Source: Trichinella spiralis (taxonomy: Eukaryota). From it: 64,000 nt of DNA. The translations under genes and the position numbers were made by a program. How positions within the stretch are numbered: the stretch's first letter is position 1; each line of letters starts with the position of its first letter. Below the pieces are notes generated by a model, which was not told the DNA's origin, did not search any database, and saw only the letters and a list, made by a program, of their open reading frames with translations. This document shows, piece after piece, positions 39,586 through 60,943 of this stretch. Location: contig NW_003526944.1 of the NCBI RefSeq assembly GCF_000181795.1, forward strand, positions 3,748,596 through 3,812,595, given 5' to 3'.

Positions 39586-42500
39586 CTACAGAGACCATCT
39601 GAAACCAGCTTCAGCAGCTGCTGCTAGCAGGTATTGCATACAATCATCGCGGTCAACAATTCCAGCAAAAACATAAGGCTGTGAAATTGCACAGTTTCAC
39701 TTTTAAGCATTGAAAAAATAAAAAATAAGAAAATATACGAGAACAACCCGTACCTTTTGTCTTCCAACTGTATACACTTCGATTGCCATGCCGTCGTTGA
39801 AGGAAAAATATTTCACAAGCCGTCCTTTGGTTATTGTCAAAATTTTGCCAAATTCAATGCTAAACGAGGTTGATTTTGTACTTCTTACTGGAACATAATC
39901 AAATCGGATATGCCTGCAATTGTGCAAAGAATTATGTTCTGTAAAGTTACGCGAGCATCAAAGAAAAAGAGAGATTCGTTCCAGAGAGGTTTTTTGTCCT
40001 CTCTTTCACTGAACCCACTCACCTGTTGCTGATGTACATACGGCCAGTGCCAACGACGTATGGAAATCGTTTCTGCTTGTCCAATAAAACGCAATGCCAA
40101 GCAGATTTTTCATTGTCTACTAAAAATGAATTATGAAAAATTTTACGAAAAAAAAATATATGCTACTACTTTTCACAGAATAACGTTTTTGATCTTCAAT
40201 ATGATTGGATTCAGTGGTTGCACTGTTGCCAACCTTGTGCGTAGAGGATGAACGTTGTTGCATGCCCTGCAAATGAACTGATCACACATGGCGCAAACAG
40301 TGACGATATGAAATCTGAAATACAGCTTCGGAAGATCTGCTGGCAACGTTTGATGGAAGTCGATCATAGAACCAAACAATCAGATCCAGTTGATGGCGCA
40401 AACGAGGAAAGCGAAAATACAAATACTGCATGATGAACAATTTTCCAGCAATGCCGAAGCCTAAATTGTGTACGGGGTAGACCCTGAGTATTCATCAAAG
40501 ACATGCCGCTTCACATTTTGATTAGTTGTATATTTTGCGTAGAACTCTGATTGGTTTTGAATTTTATTGGTTTATACGGCGGCTAAATTTTATTAGATGT
40601 TGTTGCGATGAATTTTACTCGCTGTTGGGAATCTCAATTTTACTGGTTGTCATATTCATGCATTCTATTCGTCAAATTTTGGTTTCTTTTTAATGGTCAC
40701 TTTTCTATTCTAAGCTTTACTGTTTATCTTCTATATGTATATTAGTAGTAGCTAAATTATACATTTAAAAGCTGACTAGCACGTTAAAATTATAAGTTTA
40801 TTAACAAATTTGCTTGTGGTTTCATTTTTGTGCATAATTATATTCATAGAACTGCTGATCAGATCTAAGAAATTCGCTTTACTTTAATTTAAACTGACTT
40901 GGTTTATTGCGTGTATAATATCGAGCATTTTAAAGGCCTTGTTCAAAAGTTTGCTTCCTATTAATTTGTTTCTTAATTTGATGAAGTTAAATATTAGTTT
41001 AAATTAAAGTATAAATTGAATTTAGAAGTTATGGATGCTATAGGTAAGAAAGATCACGTGGATTCACCATTTCACTGAATTTCATTAAATAATTAATTGT
41101 AATTAATTTTACCACATAAATATTATAAAATAGTAAAGCTTTGAATATTAGAAAACTGACCATTGAAATGAAATCAAAATTTGACAAATAGCACGCATTA
41201 CAATGACAACCAGTAAAAATTTAGGTATGCGACAACGAATAAAACTCATCGCAACAGCAACTAATGAAATTTAGCCGGCATGAAAACCAATGAAATTTAA
41301 GGCCAATCAAACGTCGATCGGCATGCCTTTGAAGTACACTCGGGTACTCGGTTCAGTAAAATAAATAAATAAATAAATAAATAAATAGAAAATATTACCC
41401 AAAAATGTTAAAAATTGAGAAGTTGTTAGAAGAATGGATAAAACAAAGTAAAAAAGGACAATAAGACAAAATCGGAATGTCAAATTCGGATTTTCCCATA
41501 TTAATAAGCTAAAATTATTAGCAAATAATGTAAACAGTACTTTTCTTTCTTAAAATAGACTTGGGAATGAATCAGAATTTTAAAAGTACTTTTTAAATTT
41601 TTCCAAAATTTCCGCTCCATAGTGCAAGCAAAGTTGAACTTGACGAGCAACCTCGGATATAAGTTGACTTCCTTGAGGTATGCTTTCACTGATGTTCTGC
41701 GGATGTGAAGCAAAATTGCAAAATTTGATAAATACATGAACATGAAAAGAACAATTTACCTTGGTGCAGTGCCTTCTGGGTAGAATGTTTATTCCGAACG
41801 AAATACCGCAGCAGTGATCGAAGTAATTGAGAAGCATTTGGAATAAAATCAAAAACAAAAACACGCTAATCAAACAGCCTCGATATATGCAATACAGGGA
41901 TGTCTGAAATGTTGGGAAAATTAAAGGTTGAAACGAGCAATTCGATTTGGAACAATTTCACATGCCCAGAATAACAACAGTGTGGACAGTGGATTACGCC
42001 AAAGAAACAAATCTCTCAGTCCGAGAAATGTTTCCAAATACGGTTGACATTCATCGTCTAATATTTGAAATAAAAGTGTGGAATAGAAAATTATTATTAA
42101 AATTGGAGAAATAAAATGGAAATTATGGAAAAAAAATCTTACAACATCTTCGCATGTTTCGATTTAGGCTAAAAATTTAAATTCCAACTGTAAAACGAGA
42201 CAACGCAAGAAAGAAGAAACTGAACATCAACTACTACTCGAATAGATTCAACGGTGGGCGGACATTTTCGCTTTCCACAGAAACAGTTTCATTGGTGTGT
42301 GACAAACATTCCAATATTTCCGCAACAAATATTAATACATTTGCAAAAAGCCTCTTCCACAACGAGCCAGGGGGTGCTGAAGAAAAATTTGAAAAATAGA
42401 AACAAAAAATTCCCATCAAATTGATTGATCTGTGTAATATTTCATTCAAATTATTACTGCCTTCCCCCCCCCTTTTGTTTTAAGTAACAAGTGTCATAGA

Positions 42501-42941
42501 AAAAGGAAATATGTGAAATTAATAACTGATCGACAAAAAAACAACAACAGACCTTCTGAATGGAAGAGATCGGCAATATTGACGGGTGTAAGTCGATTGC
42601 CACCAGTGTTCGGATATCTGAGAGAGTATTTTGAATAAAATCAACGATGGATTTTTACAACACGATATCCCACCCCCCCCCTTCAACAATTGTTGCGCTA
42701 CGTCCAACTTACGAATGGTCGTCGTGACGTCGGCTCAGTGAAACAATGCTGTCCGAACGTTGTGAATCACTTTCCAATGTTGCAGTGGTCGAAGTCAAAG
42801 TTGCCACGTGCACATCCACTGGCAAAAGAAAATAAATATATACATTTTAATATTCAAAATTTCAAAATATTGGAATAGAATTTTACACGAACTGCAGCCG
42901 TGTTGAATGGAATCGATCGACTGGTCATCATCAGTGTCCAT
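39586..42941 (-). CDS. GRAMD4: GRAM domain-containing protein 4-like membrane protein, multi-exon
   Basis: Spliced translation: LNRNMRR..LRDLFLW, GCLISVFLFLILFQMLLNY, QLISEVARQVQ..AEILEKFKNLLIWENP, KLFIMQYLYFRFPRLR..DRLPS, and GRAM domain (WHCVL..GTGRMYISNRHIRF..GMAIEV..PYVFAGIVDRD). All exon phases join. Confidence 0.85.
40471..41352. mobile_element. Non-autonomous fold-back/MITE-like element with ~200 bp imperfect terminal inverted repeats, inside GRAMD4 intron 40461-41398
   Basis: Left arm tcaaagacatgccg...cggctaaattt..ttag..gttgcgatga..ttttactggttgtcat..gtcaaattttg (40490-40685) is the reverse complement of caaaatttgac..atgacaaccagtaaaa..tcatcgcaac..ctaa..aaatttagccg..cggcatgcctttga (41170-41335). 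AT-rich non-coding core. Confidence 0.8.
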
Positions 42942-43150
42942 TGCAAGTGGCTTTCTTTGCAAATTAATAAATGAAATTATAACAGAAAAAAATAGCCAAA
43001 AAAATTAAACATGTATGGTATTGAAAAATACAATAAGTAAATAAAAACAAACTTCAAACTCAAATGAGTAAAATGTTCAAGAATATATATAATGTATATA
43101 CGGTTGGTTGCTTTATTCTATCAGTCGAGTAAATAAATGAGCGAAGCAAA

Positions 43151-43151
<1 letters not shown>

Positions 43152-43223
<72 letters not shown>
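43152..43223. repeat. (CA)36 microsatellite; reads (UG)36 on the minus-strand transcript
   Basis: Perfect dinucleotide run. Confidence 0.98.
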
Positions 43224-43226
<3 letters not shown>

Positions 43227-43244
43227 AGGCAGAAAAAATGTCAA

Positions 43245-44435
43245 TCAAGTGGTGACGTTGTTACTGTTGACCACCGTATGCAAGCAGGTCTCGGCTAGTG
43301 CGGCGGCATTTTGTCGCTTTACAGCAGCGCCGGCGCAAACTTGGACCTCGTCTTCGTTGAGACCTCCAAATTGGATGGTCAAATCCGGCTTCCAAAAGCC
43401 TGGGACATTCTGAAGCACGTAGCGCCAGTGGCGCAAATCAGGCTGGGTGATTCGGTTACCGGCGATGACTTCGGTCAGACGTTCGGCTCGACCGTCGGTC
43501 AGCTTGCCAATGAGGATCAGGGAAAAATTGGCCGGACTCTGGTCTTGGTAGCTGAATTCGATCAAGCTGTGGCGCAGCTTCAACTGGTCGGTCAAGTATT
43601 GGTCGATCAGCTTGACGGCCGTTTTGGTCTCTTCGTCCGGCGAGTAGATCAACAAGCAAGTGACCACCATCCTCGGCTGTTCGTGCAGCCAACCTATACC
43701 TTGGAGCGCTTCTTGGGCCTGCTGGTCGAAACATACGGCCGGCGTCAGCACGCTCCAGTCGACGAACAGCGTAGTCAGGTTGGGAAAATACTTCATCAAC
43801 GTGCTGAAGAAGAACTCGTTGACGGGCGTGACGTCGCAGTGGAACGAACAGAGCGACAACAGCTGAACGCAGGGCAGAATCAAGCCGGTCCTCATCGACA
43901 CCAGATCGCTCATACGGAACGGCTCGTTGCCGACGAAGTTCAAAATCTCCAAGTTGAGCATCACCGCCGGCAACAGCACATCCAACAATTTGGTCTCCAT
44001 CGACGACACGGTCAAGCCGATGATGGACAAGTTGTCGAACAGCGCGGCCAACCTCCCGACAACCTCTTCGTCCAAGAACATCAAATCGACCAATTCGACC
44101 ATGGTCAACGAGGGGCTTTTGCACAGCATGTCGCACAGTTGGTCCACCTCCATCCGGCACTGGCGTAGCATCAAGCAGCCCAGACGTGAGAAAAATTGCC
44201 CCTGGTCAGCGCTGAGCACGTGGGCGTGGAATTCGTCCCAAAATCGACCGGCGCCGAATATTTCCAGACACGTCGGAACCATCATCAAAGCCGACTGTTT
44301 GGACAGTCGAATCAACTGCGCTTTGGCCAAGCGTTCTTTGCCGATGAAGCCGAACTGCGAACCGTGCCTGAAGCACCAGCTCACCGAACGAATCGGCGTC
44401 ACGTAATTTCGACGTTCCGTAGCCCAGAGTAGCAT
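43245..44435 (-). CDS. Uncharacterised 396-aa protein with LRR/RNI-like repeats, uninterrupted ORF
   Basis: Long ORF with strong GC3 bias and LxxLxL patterns (SRLGCLML, PSLTMVEL, NLEILNF, CVQLLSL, FPNLTTLFV). In-frame acceptor ttcattcgcag| 24 nt upstream of the ATG. Confidence 0.8.
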   Translation of the reverse strand: MLLWATERRNYVTPIRSVSWCFRHGSQFGFIGKERLAKAQLIRLSKQSALMMVPTCLEIFGAGRFWDEFHAHVLSADQGQFFSRLGCLMLRQCRMEVDQLCDMLCKSPSLTMVELVDLMFLDEEVVGRLAALFDNLSIIGLTVSSMETKLLDVLLPAVMLNLEILNFVGNEPFRMSDLVSMRTGLILPCVQLLSLCSFHCDVTPVNEFFFSTLMKYFPNLTTLFVDWSVLTPAVCFDQQAQEALQGIGWLHEQPRMVVTCLLIYSPDEETKTAVKLIDQYLTDQLKLRHSLIEFSYQDQSPANFSLILIGKLTDGRAERLTEVIAGNRITQPDLRHWRYVLQNVPGFWKPDLTIQFGGLNEDEVQVCAGAAVKRQNAAALAETCLHTVVNSNNVTT

Positions 44436-46183
44436 GGTCGACGTCAGCGTGGAAAAAGCCTGCGAATGAAACTGAAAGCTAGACTGAAAATTTCAACCAA
44501 CAAATTTATACAAACTTCTCACTGTACTGATTGTGGATGTTTTTTCTTTTTCAAAAAAAATGATAAACCAACAAAATTCACACTCAACCCCGCCCCTTCT
44601 CATTCTGAAAATTGAAAACATCCGCCACGTCGACTAAAATTGTTCAATTGCTAATTGAACTGAATTATTTGGCTAATTAAAAGCGAATAACCTGAAGCCA
44701 ACTTTTTTTCGAAAACAAAGCATAAAACAACAAAAAGACAAATAATCAGCTCGGCTCGATTAAAGTTCCATTTTTAATAATACAACTAATGTTTACATTT
44801 TCACGTTAGCTTTTATTACTGATTGTCACGAAGGATCCAGAAAAATATCAAATGCAACCAATAATGATGCTTGAAAATAAATAATAATAACAGAAATGAA
44901 AATGTAAATTCGTTGAAAATTCATACAAATAATGCTAAACAAAAAGATAAATATAACAAGCTCATCACGTTAGATGCTACATGTTCACTTTAGATGTATG
45001 AGCTAAGAAACTATACAACAAAAGAGAATGCTTTCAGCCCGAGAACCTAAAGAATAAGATAAAATAACATGTGTGTGTATGTCTGCATTAATCACATTGA
45101 GCAAAAATTTTATTCAACTGAAATAATTCAAGTATACAGTATGTAAACTATGCAAAAGTATTAATCATTCATTCTGTAATTAAACTGCAAAACAATTCGC
45201 CCTGTCATACAAAATACTGAATATCTACATAAACTGAAAATATATAGGATTTAAATTTTTTAAATGTTCAAAATAAAAAACACAATTTCATTGATTTTCC
45301 AAACTTTACAACAACATTGGAAAATGACAGCTCGTTGAAAATAAAATTTTGAAGAAAACACATTCTATTCTATTTAAAAATTCAAATAATGTGAAAAAAC
45401 ATAAGCTAACAATTCTACAAAATTTTTTTCATTCGTTGCCCGCCGCAGTTTTCGACATTTAAATCAAGTCCTCCTTAACTTTAGAAACTCTACATGTATC
45501 ATAAATACATTTATCGATTTGAAAATTACTAATCGGAAACAACAATTTTAAACGTCAACAATTTCACTTATTACTGTACGTTCGTAATTATCAAGTACAA
45601 ATAATGTTTCAATTTTTTTACAAAATTTGTAAAAGTATTGTCAAGTGTGAATTTGAAAAAGCAACATGTACATGAAACTGATTCTTTTTAAAACTTAATA
45701 TCAATTCTAACTTTTACAGTTGACTATCACATTTTAAAAATTATAACAAAATGAAAAAAAAACAAAACACCTCTCATAAAAAATGGTTGATATTTTTGAT
45801 GTAGTTGTAAAAATTTGAAAATTTTGTCCATTTAAATATGAGAAATTGAAAAGATTATTATTTTCTGGTGCTCGTGCGTGTCCACTAGATGAAGCGAGCA
45901 TGTTTATATAGTTAGTTCGGTTGGATTTTTGTTTGCCAACGTTCCACCAGCAGCCACCGGCTGTTCAACCAACTGACAGTTGACGCGCACAATTGAGCAG
46001 ATTAAATCAGCTAACAACCAGTCCTGTGGATTAGCTAATTTGAAATTAGCAATCTCGTTGGATGATTTTGTAAACAGCTCATTCTCAAAGATCGACGACA
46101 ATCGCACGCGTGCACAACGCACACAACCGAGCTTGATCACCTGCCACTAACTGACGACTAATGATGACCAAGACTGCCAGCAA

Positions 46184-49023
46184 ATGATTCATCATCAACT
46201 CCCTTTACCGGTGTGCTTGGTGTTGTTGTGGTCTGGTTGTTTGTTGAGATGGACATACGCCGCCGGCGGACCTTTGGAATGGAATCGTGTGGTGGAGAAT
46301 GGTCAAACGTTGAGACCGGCACCGAGGAAGCATGCTGCCCTCGGTTACGATACGGTTCGTCATTATGTGGTCCTGTTCGGTGGTGAAGGCGAGAAAGGAA
46401 AAGTCTACAGCGACACTTGGATCTTCGACATACTAGCCGGTAATGTTGGAACCGTAAGATCGGTTCATCTGTGCAACAAATCCAGCAGCTTGTTGCAGCA
46501 GTGACGACAGAGATCTGTGAATTTAAATTTCCACAACTTCAGGTCGCTGGTATCCGGTGCAAAGAGAAACGCATCCGCCGGCAACGGCTGAGGCGACTTT
46601 CGGTCTGAGCGATGGCAAATTCTACATTGCCGGCGGCTGCAACAACACCGACTGCTCAGATGACATTTGGATGTTTTTGACCAGGCAAAAATAGAAACAG
46701 TGCTTTTCACTTGTTCCGTACGAGATATTCGAATTTTGTCAACGTTTCAGCACATTCGAATGGAAGAAGATCGAAATTCAAGACGTGGTGAAACCGAAAA
46801 AACGACGCGGTGCAATTGGAGGCATTTTCCCTTGCAGTTGGAATTTCATATTCGGGTTGGGCACGTTGGACGGCACCTTCCTCGAAGATATCCATTACTA
46901 CGGTGTGAACACAAACAGTTGGTTCAGAGGTGGGCAATTTTCCACTTTTACCGATAAATATTTATTTATTTATACCACGAAGCAACTTTACATTTACATT
47001 TACTGCATGCAGTGAACAATCGACACTGGGTATACAGTGCTACAGTGCCACATCCGCGCAAGCACACGTCAGCTGTGATGATTTCACCGAGCAAAATTCT
47101 ACTCTACGGAGGCTGCATAAAGTTGGCTAATTAAATTGTTCGACTAAAAATGTGCAGAAATTAATGCTCAATGGCAAAATTTCAGACATGGTGCTTGTCC
47201 GTCGAGTGATTCGTGGCTTTTCGATTTGCAAACCCAGTCATGGCAAAGTCTACCCAACTGTGCCGTGCCGAGGTAACTGTACTTTGAGATAGAGAGAGGA
47301 GTACTTGTTTATTTGGACGACAATGACGTACAATGAAACTGTAAATAATAATTTCATTGATCAACAGTGAAACTGAAATTGTACATAAATAATTCATTTT
47401 TACAAATTGAAAACAATCAGTTTCTCACCTGATCAGAGTACGCATAATGATAATAGTAATATTGTTTACAGATATTCCGCTACAGCGGTTAACTTACAGA
47501 CACAGGAAAATCCCCAGCTCAAGCAAACGGCAGCACTGATTTATGGTGGAAAATTGGAAAGTTCTCAACATCTATTCGTCAGTTGGATGGTTGAAAGCCA
47601 AAATCATACCGTTGTTGATTGCTTTTTTAATCTTAGGGAAGAAGCCGACTGGACGAAGATGAAGTGGTCGTTTTCGACTCTGAAAAACAAACATGGTCAA
47701 TAAGATCGGTAAGACCAGCGGTAAGTGTGAGAATGATGATTGGGATGGATGTTGTCGTTGGAACCTTTGAAATCAGCTTTGCCCGTCCTCTTTGTTCAAG
47801 ATTGCTCCCCATTTGCCAGAACAACGTTCCGGAGCGGCGATGGTGTCCGGCCTCACGGATGCTTACCTGTTCGGCGGCGAGACGAGCACTGGGTGATTTG
47901 GAGAAATTTAAATAAAATGCAAATTCACCATCTACCTATTTCTGTTTCAGCCGACTGTTGGACGATTTTTGGATGCTGACGGGCGACTGGCGCCAAAGTC
48001 CCGTCAAAGAACCGTGCAAAGTGGTCACTTTCAACGCGTTCGCTTTGCACGGCTTGTTCATGTGCATAGGCTTCACTCTGATTCTCCCGATCGGTGCACT
48101 ATTTGCACTGTACAACAGCGGCAAAAGCTGGTACAACAGTCACCAAGATCATACGGGCCACCGAAGTGACTCGTCGAATCGCATTCACGCTTCAATACAA
48201 GTAAGCGATATGCAAATAAAAAGAAAAACCAATTTCATTCAACGAAACAGAAACTACATTGCACAAATCATTGCATACATGCATCAGTAATATTTACTTG
48301 GTGTTGTTTGTTGATTTACTTTTTGAAATTGAATGCGTTAACAAACGCCTTAATTAAGTGAAGCATTCCTTTTCTTTTTTTGAGTTCAATCAAAAACAAA
48401 TACAAATTTATATAATCAGCATAAAAGCATGATACAGTACGAACTGATGATATTCAGGTTTAAAGAGAAAAATATTTTGTAAATCAATCGAGTATTTTTT
48501 TTGTTTGTATTCTCGTTCAAAAAATATTATTTTTGCACTTTCGAAATTTCAGATCGTTGGAGTGTGCTTTATAATTGCCGGTGCACTGAGTGCAATGGCA
48601 GCTCAAAGTGACAGAAAACACTTCAACAGCGTGCATGCAATACTTGGCCTGATCATCCTTATTCTGCTTGTCCTACAGTGCTTGTTCGGACTGTGGTAAT
48701 AATCACTGCTTCTTTTTCCAGCTTGTTTGTTTTTTTTCGTTTTTGTGCAATCTGTCGTTAATGCTGTAAACCATTACAGCGTGTTCATCAAAAAGGTGAC
48801 TTCAATTCAATTCCGTCGAGCACATCTGTGGATTGCGTTCGCGATACTAGTGATGGCATTTTTGAACACTTTCCTCGGCTTGCAACTGCTGGGGGCGCCG
48901 TCGACCGTGACCATTGCCTTGGGTGGGCTTTTGATTGGCTTTTTAATTGTGCTAGCAATTCTGCTGCTCTACTCGGCCAGGTCGCCGGCCCAAGCAGCGT
49001 CACAGCCTCCACGCTCTGATTAA
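46184..49023 (+). CDS. Signal peptide + Kelch-repeat beta-propeller + C-terminal cytochrome b561 (ferric reductase-like) transmembrane domain, multi-exon
   Basis: Hydrophobic N-terminal signal and about six Kelch repeats (VLFGG..SDTWIFD, YIAGG..DDIWMF, LLYGG..SDSWLFD, LIYGG..VVVFD, YLFGG..DDFWML). Then TM helices with four His in b561 spacing: ALHGLFM, RIHASIQ, SVHAILG, RRAHLW. Confidence 0.85.
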
Positions 49024-50844
49024 TTGATGACTTACACGTTACTTTTTCTATTTATTGTTGCTGTTCAAAAGATGAATCTAGTCGAAAAAAGACAACAATG
49101 AACAAGGTGAACAAACAGAAATCATCATGATAGTATGTATGAATTATTATTACAGGATGACATTTGAGCAGCAGCAGCAGCAGCCGGTAGCCGATGATGA
49201 ATGAAAACGGCAACAAGAATGAAGAGGAGAACGAAACGCGTTGAGAAATTATTAATTACAAAAGCCTCGTTCATCATAATAATTATAGTCAACTGCCATG
49301 GGCGATGACTGCGATTTGTGCACACTGCAGATTCCCTTTTTGACTGTGCAAAAGGAAAAGAAACTGAGAAAACACAAAAGTACAGAAAGAAAACGGCAAA
49401 ACGGATAAGCCATTGTAAATTTCATATTTGTTTTTCTTTGTTTATCAGTAAAAATAAGTGACAATAAAGAAAAGTATGTGAAAAAATTCATTTGAATTGA
49501 ATGCTAACAAACAAGCGCGTGTACAGCCATTGTACATTCTGCAGTTTTTCTGGCCATTTTTCGAGGACACTAGCAAAAAAGAGAGGCATGAGGTATGGAT
49601 AAAATTTATAAGAAAAAAGAATCTCTCAAAAATGTGTACAACAGACTTCTACTGTAGCACAGTGGCACATGAGGATGTTGAAAACGAAACGACAGTGTCG
49701 AATCATGAACAAACCGCCACTACGCACAGCAAAGTTAGCCAGCTACGAGACAAACGAACAATAGAAATTTATCCCGAAACAAGCAAAATATTTCAGATAA
49801 GCATTTGTTGCCAATAGGACGTACACAGAAGAAAGAATTTACATAACTGTCATGAAACAGACAAACAAATCGTACAGACTCAGATGCACAGTGGAAATAA
49901 AGTGCGCGTTCGTTTCGCTTTCTCACCTCTGAGGCAGCATCATCATGTTCTTCACGGTTTTTGTTTTTCATACTTCGCGCATGAAGCAGAATGAAATAAA
50001 AAGCGAAACAGAAAAAAAATTTACATATACCATCTTCACAGTACTGGAAGAGAATGAAAAAATTTGTCACGAAATTACAAGAAGGTTGACAGGGAGAAAG
50101 ATGAGGGAACAGATATCTATTTCCATCTATGCAAGCGTTCGAACAACAAGCATTGCTGACTGAAGAAAAATTACCATATAATAAACTGCTCACGCACACA
50201 TCCAATGCACACATACATACATACATACATACACTTTTCCTGCCACTTTGTAGTTTATTGGAGACAAAATTGACGATGACAACAACTGACGACACATTTT
50301 GCAGAAAAAAATGAGAAGAGAATAAAGCAAATAATTTTTAAAAAAAAGCATGCGAATATGATTGTGCTTTGTACCGCTGTGTTCTTTTTGTGTTTGTGCT
50401 TTTTTTTCTGGTTGTGTGTTAGACAATTTGCGAGGTTGAACGACTGAATGAATGAATGGATAAATTAAGACGGCTGTGCGTCCACTGCACAGGATGGAGA
50501 TGAGCAGTGCAGAACAAGCAGGACAATAAATAACGATTCGAGAGGAAAAATGGAGAAGAATAATTTCATACAAACGGCCGAGGCAGAAAGCGCGTAAATA
50601 ATATAAGCGCGGGTGATCACGGATGGGATTTATGAATTTGGAGAGAAAGAGAGAGTAGTGGAGAACGTCGTCGCAGTAAAGTTGACAATGCAGACACAGC
50701 TTACTTAGCTTGCAGAAACAGAAAAAGTTGAATAAAAAGAAAAAGAAAGAACAACAATAAATTGATGCAAACCAAAGCTTCTTTTCACAGGTAGATAGAC
50801 AGACTGTGAATCTGTGGATGGAATGCCATGGTTCAAGTGTTAAT

Positions 50845-60943
<10,099 letters not shown>

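Noticed and set aside
43311..44406. Antisense and alternative-frame ORFs (285, 234, 159 aa) over the LRR-like gene
   Set aside because: Shadow ORFs expected from high GC3.
2688..49023. Functional iron/heme gene cluster (HRI, anamorsin, cytochrome b561)
   Set aside because: The genes are interspersed with unrelated housekeeping genes over >40 kb with gaps; no shared regulation visible.
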